Origin: an uncultured bacterium
GTDB lineage: Bacteria > Planctomycetota > UBA1135 > GCA-002686595
Length of the DNA: 64,000 bases
Reading direction: 5' to 3'
Assembly: GCA_943787795.1 (NCBI GenBank)
Contig: CALSNU010000002.1
Location: 758,158 to 822,157 of the forward strand
Shown: piece by piece, positions 1 to 9,800 of the stretch
Layout: each line of letters opens with the position of its first letter
Position numbering within the stretch: position 1 is the first letter of the stretch
Translations under genes and position numbers: made by a program
Notes under the pieces: generated by a model
Database searches by the model: none
Told to the model about the DNA's origin: nothing
Seen by the model: only the letters and a program-made list of their open reading frames with translations

Positions 1-2901
1 GGGTGGTGAACTCGATCTCCGACTCCATCAGCGTGGTGGACCTCGCGTCGGGGTCCGTGGTCCGCACGATCCGGACCGCGGACGAGCCGGCGGACGTGGT
101 GTTCGCGGGCAGCCCCGTGCGGGCCTTCGTCTCCTGCTCCCAGCCGAACCTGGTGCAGGTCTTCGACCCGGACGCGCCCGGCGCGCCCCCTCGCGGAAAT
201 CCCGCTGCGCGCGGAGGAGCCCCGCGCCATGGCCGTGAGCCCCGACGGCTCCACGGTCCACGTGGCCATCTTCGAGTCGGGCAACGGCTCCACGACCCTC
301 GCCGGCGGCGCGGACCCGAACAACGGGACGCCCGAGATCCCCAACGTGGTCTCCGATCCTGCGGGGCCCTACGGGGGGCAGAACCCGCCGCCCAACGACG
401 GCACGTCCTTCTCTCCGGCCTTGCGCCCGGGCAACCCGGCGCCGCCGGCGGTCGGGCTGATTGTCAAGCAGGACGCCCAGGGGCGCTGGATGGACGACAA
501 CGGCGGGAACTGGACCGACCTCGTCAGCGGCCCTGACGCGGCGCGCTCCGGCCGTCCCGTGGGCTGGCGTCTCGCCGACCGTGACGTGGCGAACATCGAC
601 GCCCAGTCCCTGGCGGTCACCTACAGCGGCGGGCTCATGAACATCAACATGGCCCTCGCGGTGCACCCGGTGAGCGAGTCGGTGACCGTCGTCGGGACAG
701 ACGGGACGAACGAGGTCCGCTTCGAGCCGAACCTCGACGGGGTCTTCCTGCGGGTGCGCCTCGCGGCGGTTCCCACTTCGGGCTCGACGACGCTGGTGGA
801 CCTCAACCCGCACCTGGACTACTCCACCAGCAGCGTCCCCCAGGCGGAGCGGGACCTCGCCGTCGGGGACCCCCGCGGCATCGCCTGGCGCGCCGACGGC
901 GGGCGGGCGTACATCACCGGGATGGGCTCGAACAACGTCGTGGCGGTCGACGCCACGGGAGCGCGCGTGGGCGCGCCCATGGAGGTGGGGGAGGGGCCGA
1001 CGGGCATCGTCCTCGACGCCGCCGGTCAGCGGGCGTTCGTGGTCAACAAGTTCGACGCGAGCGTCTCGGTGCTCGACCTAGTCCAGGGCCAAGAGACCGC
1101 GCGGGTCCCGTTCCACGATCCCTCGCCCGAGGCGATCAAGGTCGGCCGGCGCCACCTCTACGACACCCACGCCACCTCCGGGCTCGGCCACGTCTCGTGC
1201 GCGTCGTGCCACGTGGACTCGCGCACCGACCGCCTCGCCTGGGACCTGGGCGACCCCACCCTGCCCATGGACCCCGACAACGGGCTGAACCTCGGCATGG
1301 GGATCCCCGGGCTCAACGTCGGCTTCGAGGACTTCCACCCCATGAAGGGGCCGATGACCACGCAGACCCTGCAGGACATCATCGGCAAGGAGCCCCTGCA
1401 CTGGCGCGGGGACAAGGACAGCCTGCACGACTTCGCCCTGGCCTTCGTGCTCCTCCAGGGGGACGACGCGCCGCCGACCCCGACGGACATCGACGAGTTC
1501 GAGGCCTTCCTCGCCACGGTGGCGTTCCCCCCGAACCCATTCCGCGGCCCCGACAACAGCCTGCCCACGGACCTCCCGCTCCCCGAGCACTTCAGCCCCG
1601 GCCGCTTCTCTCCGGCCGGGACGCCCCTGCCGAACGGGGACGCCCAGGCCGCCCTCGGGCTCTACCTGCCGCCGACGCTCCTGGATGCGGGGGCCTTGGC
1701 CTGCGTCACCTGCCACACGCTGCCCACGGGCCTCGGCCCCGACATGCGGCTGCAGGGCTTCACCTACGTCCCGTTCCCGGAGGGCCCCGAGGGGGAGGCG
1801 CACCACGGCCTCGTCTCCGCGGACGGCTCCACGAACGTGAACATGAAGATCTCGCAGCTGCGGAACATGCACGAGAAGGTGGGGCTCGACTTCACGCAGC
1901 CGGAGGCCCTCTCGGGCTTCGGGTTCCTGCACGACGGCAGCATCCCCTCCATCGCCGCCTTCCTCGCCTCCGACACCTTCGACTTCCAGAACGACCAGCA
2001 GCTGGCGGACATGGTCGCGCTGATGATGGCCTTCGCCGGGTCGGACCTGCCGAACGGGTCGGTGAACACCGTCCTGTTCCCTCCGGGCACCGAGAGCCTC
2101 GACACCCACGCCGGGGTCGGGATCCAGCTGACCCTCGAGGACGTCACCAGCGCCTCCCAGGAAGACCTCGACCTCCTGTCGTTGCTGGCCGATGAAGCCG
2201 AGCTGGGTCGGATCGGCCTCGTGGCCCACGGTCTCCTGGGCGGCGTCCGAAGGGGGGCGGCCTACCTGCCGGGCGGCACTGTCCAGACCGACCGCGCCTC
2301 CGAGACGATGACGACCGCGGACCTCCTCGCGCTCGCCACCCCCGCCGCGCCGCTCACCTTCACCGCGGTGCCCGCCGGCACCCAGCGGCGCATCGGCGTG
2401 GACCGGGACGCTGACGGCTTCCTGGACCAGGACGAGCGCGACGCGGGCAGCGATCCCGCGAACCCGAACAGCGTCCCGTCCATCGGCTCGGGCTACTGCG
2501 GCCCCGCTGCGCCGAACGCCTCGGGCGCCCCGGGCCGCATCGCCGCCGTCGGCAGCCCCGTGGCCGCCGACAACGACCTGCGCCTCTCGGCCACGTCGCT
2601 GCCGGCCCAGAGCGCGGGCTATTTCGTCGGCTCCATGACCCAGGCCTTCGTCCCGAACCCCGGCGGCAGCGTGGGCAACCTGTGCATCGCCGGCGACGTC
2701 GCTCGGTTCGCGGCCCAGCTCCGCACCACGGGGACCACGGGCTCGTTCTCCATCGAGGTCGACCTCACCGCCATTCCCACCAATCCCAACCAGCCCGTCC
2801 TCGCCGGTCAGACCTGGAACTTCCAGGCCTGGTTCCGCGACTCCGCCGGCGGCCAGGCCACCTCGAACTTCACCGACGGGATCTCGATCCCGTTCCAGTG
2901 A
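1..2901 (+). CDS. YVTN-type beta-propeller + di-heme c-type cytochrome protein with conserved C-terminal domain (5' truncated; apparent frameshift at ~186-190)
   Basis: Propeller repeats (VVNSISDSISVVDL, VGEGPTGIVL, VVNKFDASVSVLDL); CASCH 1198-1212 and CVTCH 1702-1716; DxDxDG-type Ca loop (DRDADGFLD); ORF 3.. and ORF 229.. join cleanly if one C is removed from the C5 run at 186-190. Confidence 0.8.
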
Positions 2902-3108
2902 GCCCCCGTGGGAGGCGCTCGGCCGCGGCGGGTGGCCGGACGCCCTTGGCCCCTGTGGTGACGATCCCGACCACCGGAAGGGTCCCTGGGACGCCCAAGG
3001 GGGCGCCTGCGTCATCGAGCCCGGCCGTGTTCGGCGGGCGTCGAATCCAGCGGCGCCGCGCCGCGATTCGCTGAACGAGGAGCGCGGGCAGGCCCCGCGA
3101 CCCGTTCC

Positions 3109-3990
3109 ATGCCGAGGTTGCACGAGAGGATCTTCGAGGCGCTGCGCGCCCGATGGGAGTCGCCGAGGACCCGCCGCGCCATCAGCTGGGCCCTGACGGG
3201 GTCGTTCTTCGTGTCGATCGTCTGCATCGAGCTCGCCCGGCAGGGGTGGATGCCAACCGCCCTCGGCCAGCCTCTCCCGACCAACCACCTGGCGGCGATC
3301 TCCTGGGTCTTCACCCTGCTGCTGATCGTGGAGGTGCTGGACCTGATCTTCTCCCTGGCGGAGTCCATCGCGAACGCCCTGGGCAAGCAGCTGGAGATCT
3401 TCTCCCTGATCCTGGTCCGCAAGACCTTCGACGAGCTCGCGCGCCTGCCCGAGCCCATCGATATCGGCGGCGCCACCGAGGTCCTGCTCGAGATGGGCGC
3501 CCTCGCGGTCAGCGCCTTGATCGTCTTCGTCGCGCTGACCCTCTACTACCGTCTCCAGCGCCACCGCCCCATCTCCACGGACGCGGCCGACGTGGCCCAC
3601 TTCGTCTCCCTGAAGAAGGCCGTCTGCCTCGGACTCCTCCTGGCCTTCGTGGTCACCGGCGCCCTCTTCGGCCTCAGCTCCCTCACCGTCGACGCCCCCG
3701 ACCAGGCCCTGTCCCTGGACTTCTTCGTCGTCTTCTTCACCGTCCTGGTCTTCTCGGACGTCCTCCTGGTCCTCGCCTCCCTCACCGTCACCCGCGCGTA
3801 CCGCGTCGTCTTCCGCAACTTCACCTTCGCGGTCGTCACGGTCTTCCTCCGTATCGCCCTCGTCGCTGACCCCTACCCCAAGTCGATTCTCGGCGCCGCC
3901 ACCGCCCTCTTCGCCCTCGCCGCCGCCTGGGCCTTCGACTTCAGCCGGCCGGATCCAGCCCAGTCCGAAGACGAGCGGCGGTCGGGGTAG
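3109..3990 (+). CDS. Hypothetical integral membrane protein (~7-8 TM)
   Basis: 293-aa ORF with multiple long hydrophobic segments and strong GC3 codon bias. Confidence 0.75.
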   Translation: MPRLHERIFEALRARWESPRTRRAISWALTGSFFVSIVCIELARQGWMPTALGQPLPTNHLAAISWVFTLLLIVEVLDLIFSLAESIANALGKQLEIFSLILVRKTFDELARLPEPIDIGGATEVLLEMGALAVSALIVFVALTLYYRLQRHRPISTDAADVAHFVSLKKAVCLGLLLAFVVTGALFGLSSLTVDAPDQALSLDFFVVFFTVLVFSDVLLVLASLTVTRAYRVVFRNFTFAVVTVFLRIALVADPYPKSILGAATALFALAAAWAFDFSRPDPAQSEDERRSG

Positions 3991-4017
3991 CTGCAGCTGG
4001 ACGGAGCCCCTGCGCGC

Positions 4018-7000
4018 TCAGTGGAAGTCCCTCGACCCGCCCTGCATTCCGGCGGCGAGGTCGTCGAGGCTCTCGAAGCGGTCGACGATGAGGTGGACGA
4101 CCTCGCCCGCGCGGTCGATGCGGCCCTCGACGAGGAGGAGGACGCCGTGGCGGGCGGTGGCGCGGTGGCGCTCGTAGGTCCTGGGGTGGACGACGAGGTT
4201 GGAGGTGCCGGTCTCGTCCTCGAGGGTGATGAAGATGATCCCCTGGGCGGTGGCGGGGCGCTGGCGGACGAGGACCATGCCGGCGACGGCGACGCAGGCG
4301 TCCTGGGGGCAGCGGGTGGGGTCGAGGAGGGCGGCGGCGGTGAGGGCGCCGCGGCGGTCGAGGGCGGGGCGCAGGAAGGAGACGGGGTGGGCCTTGAGGG
4401 ACAGGCCCTGGGTGGCGTAGTCGCGGACCACCTCGGTGAGGGGGGCGATGGGGGGCAGGGCCTCGGCGCCGGCGCCGCCGTCGGTGTCCACGTGGGCGAA
4501 GAGGCCGGGCTCGGAGAGGTCCTCGTCCCGTAGGGCGCGCACGGCCCAGAGGGCGGCCTTGCGATCGAGCTCGAGGGAGCCGAAGGCGTCGGCGGAGGCC
4601 AGGGGACGCAGGCGGGAGGCGCGCAGGCCGGAGCGGCGCTGGAGCTCGTCCACCGAGCGGAAGGGGCGGCCCAGGCGCTCGCGGGCTGTGGCGATGGCGT
4701 CGGCGGCGGGCCGGCGCAGGCCCTTCACGAGGCGCATGCCCAGGCGCAGGGCCGCGCCCTCCATGGAGCAGTCCCACTGGCTGTGGTTCACGTCGACCGG
4801 GCGCACCTCGACCCCGTGGCGCTCGGCGTCCTGGACGAGCTGGGCGGGGGCGTAGAAGCCCATGGGCTGGCTGTTGATCAGCGCGCCGCAGAAGGCGCCG
4901 GGGTGGTAGAGCTTGAGCCACGAGGACACGTAGACCAGCAGCGCGAAGCTCGCGGCGTGGGACTCGGGGAAGCCGTACTCGCTGAAGCCCTCCAGCTGGC
5001 GGAAGATGCGCTGGGCGAAGGCCTCGTCGTAGCCGTTGTCGAGCATGCCCTCCACCAGCTGCTCGCCGTAGCGCTGCATCAGGTCGCTCTTGCGCTTCCA
5101 CGCGGCCATGGCCCGCCGCAGCTTGTCTGCCTCGCCGGGCGTGAAGCCGGCGGCCACCACCGCCAGCGCCATGGCTTGCTCCTGGAAGAGCGGCACGCCG
5201 AGGGTCTTCTCGAGCACCCGCCGCACCTCCGGGCTCGGGTAGGTGACCGCCTCGGTCCCGTCCCGCCGCCGCAAGTAGGGGTGCACCATGTCCCCCTGGA
5301 TCGGCCCCGGCCGCACGATCGCCACCTCGACCACCAGGTCGTAGAACTCCACCGGCTTCAGCCGCGGCAGCATCGACATCTGCGCCCGCGACTCGATCTG
5401 GAAGACGCCCATGGTGTCGGCGCGGCAGATCATCTCGTACACCGCCGGGTCCTCGGGCGGGATGGTGTGCATGGTGAAGCCGCCGGCCTCGGGCACCTCG
5501 AAGCCGCGCTCCTCCCCGCTCTCGTCCACCAGCTCGAAGGTCTTGCGGATGGCAGTGAGCATCCCGAGGCCCAGGAGGTCCACCTTGAGGATCCCCAGCG
5601 CGTCGATGTCGTCCTTGTCCCACTCGATCACCGTGCGGTCCGCCATGGACGCGTTCTCGATGGGGACCATCTCGGTCAGGAGGTCCTCGGTGATCACGAA
5701 GCCGCCCACGTGCTGGGAGAGGTGGCGGGGGAAGCCGAGGATCTCCTTGGTCAGCGCCACGAAGCGGCGGGTGGCGGGCGCCTGGGGGTCGAGGCCGTGG
5801 GCGGCGAGGCCCACGCTGCCGTTCTCCTCGGCGGCGGCGCCGACGCCGTCGGTCCACCAGTCGATGTCCTTGGCGAGGGCGTCCACCAGCTCCGGCGAGA
5901 AGCCGAGCGCCTTGCCAACGTCCCGCACGGCGCTGCGGCCGCGGTAGCTGATGACCTCGGCGGTCAGCGCGGCGCGGTCCCGGCCGTAGCGCCGGTACAC
6001 GTACTGCAGCACCTCCTCGCGCCGCTCGTGCTCGAAGTCGATGTCGATGTCGGGCGGTTCGCCGCGCTCCTTGGAGAGGAAGCGCTCGAACAGCAGGTCG
6101 ATACGGTCGGGGTCCACCGCCGTCACCCCGAGGCAGTAGCACACCGCCGAGTTCGCCGCCGCGCCGCGCCCCTGGCACATGATCTCCCGCGACCGGGCGA
6201 AGCGCACGATGTCGTGCACCGTGAGGAAGTACGGCGCGTAGTCGAGCTCCTCGATCAGCTGGAACTCGTGCTCGATGCGCGCCCGGGTCTCGGGCGGCAC
6301 GCCGTGCGGGTAGCGCTCCGCCGCCCCGAGCCAGGTCTCGTCCACCAGGGTCTCCAGGGCCGTCCGCCCGTCCGTGCGCACCTCCGAGGGGTAGTGGTAG
6401 CGCAGCTCCGAGAGGGAGAAGCGCGCCGCCTCCTGGGCCAGCTCCGCCGCGCGCGCCGTGAGGTCGTCGTGGCCGCGGAACAGGGCCGTCATCTCGGCCG
6501 GCGTCTTCAGGCGCCGCTCGGCGTTGGGGAACAGGTCGGCGCCCACGGTGTCCACGGGCCGGCCCACGCGGATGGCGGTGAGCACGTCCTGCAGCGCCCG
6601 CCGCCGCCGCTCGTGGTAGTGCACGTCGTTGAGGGCGACCAGCGGCGCGTCCACCCGCGCCCCGAGGCGCGCGGTGCGCTCACGCTCGGCCCGGTCGTCG
6701 GGCCCGTACAGGGCGCAGGCCCCGAGGAACAGGCGGTCCGGGTTCATGGCGCCGCGCAGCCGGGACACGGCGCGCTCGTGCTGCGTCCAGGTCGGCTGCG
6801 CCACCGCGAGCTCCGGCGGGAGCACCACGGCGAGCAGGCCCTCCTGGTGCTCGAGCAGGTCGTCGAGCTCCAGGTGGCACGACCCCTTCTCCGCCCGCCG
6901 CTTGCCGCGGGTGAGCAGCCGCGAGAGCCGCCCGTAGCCCGCGCGGTCCCGGGGGAACGCGAGCACCTCGGGGGCGCCCCCCTCCTCGAGGTCGAAGCTG

Positions 7001-7314
7001 AGCCGCGCGCCCACCGCGAGCCCGATGCCGCACTCCTCCGCCGCCACGTGGGCGCGCACCACGCCGGCGAGGGAGTTGCGGTCCGCGATGGCGGCGGCCC
7101 GGTGGCCGAGGGCGGCGGCGGTGTGCACCAGCTCCTCGGGGTGGCTCGCGCCCCGCAGGAAGCTGAAGTTCGACGCCACCGCGAGCTCGGCGTACGGCGT
7201 CCCGTCCGCGGTGTCCGCCGCGTCCCCCGGGCACGCCTCCCCGCCGGGCCCGGCGAGGGCGCCGGGCGCCTTGGCCGGGTGGGGGACGAGCTTGGTGGAG
7301 GGGATCTCGGGCAC
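4018..7314 (-). CDS. dnaE2: Error-prone DNA polymerase III alpha subunit DnaE2 (ImuC)
   Basis: YAEL..SNFSFLRGASHPEEL PHP start, GRGAAANS, PDIDIDFEHERREEV, HLSQHVGG, GFPESHAASF, NSQPMGFY, and the C-terminal SRDFH typical of DnaE2. Confidence 0.97.
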   Translation of the reverse strand: MPEIPSTKLVPHPAKAPGALAGPGGEACPGDAADTADGTPYAELAVASNFSFLRGASHPEELVHTAAALGHRAAAIADRNSLAGVVRAHVAAEECGIGLAVGARLSFDLEEGGAPEVLAFPRDRAGYGRLSRLLTRGKRRAEKGSCHLELDDLLEHQEGLLAVVLPPELAVAQPTWTQHERAVSRLRGAMNPDRLFLGACALYGPDDRAERERTARLGARVDAPLVALNDVHYHERRRRALQDVLTAIRVGRPVDTVGADLFPNAERRLKTPAEMTALFRGHDDLTARAAELAQEAARFSLSELRYHYPSEVRTDGRTALETLVDETWLGAAERYPHGVPPETRARIEHEFQLIEELDYAPYFLTVHDIVRFARSREIMCQGRGAAANSAVCYCLGVTAVDPDRIDLLFERFLSKERGEPPDIDIDFEHERREEVLQYVYRRYGRDRAALTAEVISYRGRSAVRDVGKALGFSPELVDALAKDIDWWTDGVGAAAEENGSVGLAAHGLDPQAPATRRFVALTKEILGFPRHLSQHVGGFVITEDLLTEMVPIENASMADRTVIEWDKDDIDALGILKVDLLGLGMLTAIRKTFELVDESGEERGFEVPEAGGFTMHTIPPEDPAVYEMICRADTMGVFQIESRAQMSMLPRLKPVEFYDLVVEVAIVRPGPIQGDMVHPYLRRRDGTEAVTYPSPEVRRVLEKTLGVPLFQEQAMALAVVAAGFTPGEADKLRRAMAAWKRKSDLMQRYGEQLVEGMLDNGYDEAFAQRIFRQLEGFSEYGFPESHAASFALLVYVSSWLKLYHPGAFCGALINSQPMGFYAPAQLVQDAERHGVEVRPVDVNHSQWDCSMEGAALRLGMRLVKGLRRPAADAIATARERLGRPFRSVDELQRRSGLRASRLRPLASADAFGSLELDRKAALWAVRALRDEDLSEPGLFAHVDTDGGAGAEALPPIAPLTEVVRDYATQGLSLKAHPVSFLRPALDRRGALTAAALLDPTRCPQDACVAVAGMVLVRQRPATAQGIIFITLEDETGTSNLVVHPRTYERHRATARHGVLLLVEGRIDRAGEVVHLIVDRFESLDDLAAGMQGGSRDFH

Positions 7315-7322
7315 GCTTAGAT

Positions 7323-7339
7323 GGTAGGTTTTTGTTAGG
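7323..7339 (-). promoter_or_regulatory. Putative DNA-damage operator CCTAACAAAAACCTACC overlapping a -10-like TACCAT
   Basis: 16/17 identical to the site upstream of imuA (53949-53965); both end 8 nt before the start codon. Confidence 0.7.
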
Positions 7340-7451
7340 ATTCATGGTGAGGGCGAGCGGCCTTGTCGCGGTTACCGGGGGTCGAAGGGCCTGTAGTCTT
7401 GGCACCGAGACCGTAGATCCACCCCCGCCCGACGCGGCGGCCTGCCGAACC

Positions 7452-8654
7452 ATGCGCCTGCCCCAAGCTCTCGCCACCCTCCTCGTCCTCGCCCTCCCGG
7501 CTGCAGCCCAGGTCACCTGGACCGTCGGCGGCCCGAACGGTCAGTTCGCCACGATCCAGGAGGCGCTCGCGGTGGCGGGTCCGGACGACCTGGTGGACGT
7601 GCAGCCCGGCACCTACCCGGGGTTCACCATGTCGAGCCCGGCCCGGGTGATGGGTCGGAACGGAGTCCAGGTGAACGGCCTGAGCCGGATCGTCGGCCTC
7701 CCGCCCGGGAGCACCGCGCTGATCGCGGACCTCACCGTGGACGCGTTTCAGGCGATCGACTGTGAGGGTTCAACGTTGGTCGACGGGATCGTCACCCGAT
7801 CCTTCGAGGCCCGCGGTTGCAGCGACCTTCGAGTTCGGAAGCTTGAGGCCACGGCGAACTGGATCACCTCCACCCCGGCGGCCGTGGTGATCGACGACTC
7901 GCGGGTCCAGCTCGAGGCCTCGACGATCCTGGGTGAGTCGAGCTCCTCCGCCGACGGTGGCCCCGGGCTCATCGCCACCGGCGGGTCGTTCCTGCACCTC
8001 ATGGGCAGCCGAGTGGAAGGGGGCATGGGCGGGGCCGAGTTCGACCTCTTCACCATGTACGCCCCTGACGGCGGGGACGGCATGACGCTGGAGGGAGCCT
8101 CTGCGGTCCGCATCGTCCGCTCCGAGGTGATCGGAGGCGGCGGTGGATGGCACAACTACGCCGGCGGAGGTTTCAACTGCTACGACGGCTTCCACGGTCC
8201 CGGGCTCCGCCAGTGCGGCGGGCACTCGCAGACGTGGGAAAGCGAGATCCGCGACGGCTACTGGAATGGGAGCTTCACGTCCCCGGGGCCGCCCTTCGTC
8301 ATGAGCTGCGGTGCCACCCTCACGAGCGCGACGGACCTCCCGGGGCTGACGCTCACCGGCCCGCTCACCGCGGGCTCCAACTTCGACCTCGCCGCGTCCG
8401 CCGGGGTCGGCACCAGCCTGCGCCTGGTCTTCGGACGCAGGACCGACCTCGACGTGACCCTCGGCACCCAGATCCCTCGCCTCGTGGAGCCCCTGAGGAT
8501 CGCGTCCCTGGGGTCGGTCCCGGCCACCGGCGAGGCCCACGTCCAGGGCACAGTCCCGACCTGGCCCCGAGGCACCCAGTTCTTCCTGCAGGTCTCGCGC
8601 ACCGGCGCCACGGGGACCGACTTCTCGAACTCCACGCTCTTCCTGGTGAGGTAG
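7452..8654 (+). CDS. Secreted protein, probable right-handed beta-helix (pectin-lyase-like) fold with C-terminal beta-sandwich
   Basis: Signal peptide MRLPQALATLLVLALPAAAQ; FATIQEAL...V.PGTY start typical of beta-helix proteins; Gly-rich GGxG repeats. Confidence 0.65.
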   Translation: MRLPQALATLLVLALPAAAQVTWTVGGPNGQFATIQEALAVAGPDDLVDVQPGTYPGFTMSSPARVMGRNGVQVNGLSRIVGLPPGSTALIADLTVDAFQAIDCEGSTLVDGIVTRSFEARGCSDLRVRKLEATANWITSTPAAVVIDDSRVQLEASTILGESSSSADGGPGLIATGGSFLHLMGSRVEGGMGGAEFDLFTMYAPDGGDGMTLEGASAVRIVRSEVIGGGGGWHNYAGGGFNCYDGFHGPGLRQCGGHSQTWESEIRDGYWNGSFTSPGPPFVMSCGATLTSATDLPGLTLTGPLTAGSNFDLAASAGVGTSLRLVFGRRTDLDVTLGTQIPRLVEPLRIASLGSVPATGEAHVQGTVPTWPRGTQFFLQVSRTGATGTDFSNSTLFLVR

Positions 8655-8891
8655 AGGAGCACGGGGCCGCCGGTTGGGCTCGGCCACCGCAGCCGCGGTG
8701 TGTGGGCCCGGGAACCGTTTGGAGGGGGAGAGAGTGCGTTCGAGGGCGCGCCGCGAGGATTCCTCGGGCGAATTGGTGGATTCGTGTCCGCTGGGAGGGA
8801 CGGGGGTCAGTTCGGGGGTGGAGAGGCCACGAGGCCCCAACCACCAACCCAACCCACAACAACGAACCCCCCTCAATCAGACCCCAGTCCC

Positions 8892-9617
8892 ATGCAACTC
8901 CACACCTTCTCCGCCCTCGCCCTGTCCGCCATCGCCGCCGTCTCCGCCACCACCGAGCCCAGCTCGGCCCCGGTCGTGGACGACCTCTTCCCCGCCGCCT
9001 CCGGCGCCATGGAGATCGCCCTCGACTCCGAGGGGAACGGCCCCTCCTACCTCGAGCTGATCTCCGACTACGCCGCGCTCACGGGCCAGTACGTCACCTT
9101 CTCGAAGGCGACCCGCGAGCTCCTCGCCGGCACCGACGTGCAGCTCGACCGCTCCATGACGATCGCCGCCGAGGGTGTCCAGCACACCACCGAGGTGTTC
9201 CTCGCCCAGGCTGGCCTCAACCTCGCCATCGAGAGCGTGGACGGCCCCCAGATCCTCCGGGTCCGCAACGTCGAGACCGAGGGCCGCGAGCTCCGGTCCG
9301 CGACCAGGAACCTGAACGTCGACGGGGCCGAGATGGCCCGGAAGCACCCGGCGATGCTCTTCAGCATGGTCATCCCGATGCCCACCACCGACGCTCGCCT
9401 GCTGTCCAACAGCGTCCGCTCCATGATCACGGACCCGAACACGACGCAGCTCCTCCCCGCGGGGAACAGCTCGGGGATGATCATCGTCGGCCACGGCGAC
9501 TGGGTCTACGAGACCTCCCAGTGGCTCCTCAACGTCGAGGAGCAGAGCAAGCTCAAGGCCGCCCGGGAGCAGGAAGCCGCCAAGCAGCAGGAGGCCGGTG
9601 AAGCCGCCGCCAAGTGA
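8892..9617 (+). CDS. Secreted protein resembling the N-terminal (N0/N1) domains of a secretin, without the secretin barrel
   Basis: Signal peptide; LELISDYAALTGQYV (N0-like) and DARLLSNSVRSMI...GNSSGMIIVG...LLNVE (NolW/N1-like) patterns; only 241 aa. Confidence 0.5.
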   Translation: MQLHTFSALALSAIAAVSATTEPSSAPVVDDLFPAASGAMEIALDSEGNGPSYLELISDYAALTGQYVTFSKATRELLAGTDVQLDRSMTIAAEGVQHTTEVFLAQAGLNLAIESVDGPQILRVRNVETEGRELRSATRNLNVDGAEMARKHPAMLFSMVIPMPTTDARLLSNSVRSMITDPNTTQLLPAGNSSGMIIVGHGDWVYETSQWLLNVEEQSKLKAAREQEAAKQQEAGEAAAK

Positions 9618-9652
9618 TCGGCGCCACCTTCACGAACCTCCGACCCACCCCG

Positions 9653-9686
9653 CCAGGCGCGCCGTCCTCCGTGATGGCGCGCCTGG
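9653..9686 (+). terminator. GC-rich hairpin downstream of 8892..9617
   Basis: CCAGGCGCGCCGTC-6nt-GATGGCGCGCCTGG inverted repeat; no U tract. Confidence 0.4.
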
Positions 9687-9800
9687 ACCTGTTGGGGGGG
9701 GGTGGGCCACGGCGGACCAGCCTCCGTGATTCCAGGGCGAGGCGCGGCGTGTTGTGCGATAGTCCGACGGGGAGCCGCCTCCTCCACTGAGGCGCTGTTC

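Noticed and set aside
1..2901. Hydrazine synthase / anammox assignment
   Set aside because: Only architectural similarity; no hzsA or other anammox genes are visible.
1078..7320. Long antisense or alternative-frame ORFs (e.g. 1078..3600 minus, 3941..6178 minus, 4783..7320 plus; likewise 56123..58948 minus)
   Set aside because: Shadow ORFs from high GC3 bias; Arg/Gly/Pro-rich, no motifs, and they overlap well-supported genes.
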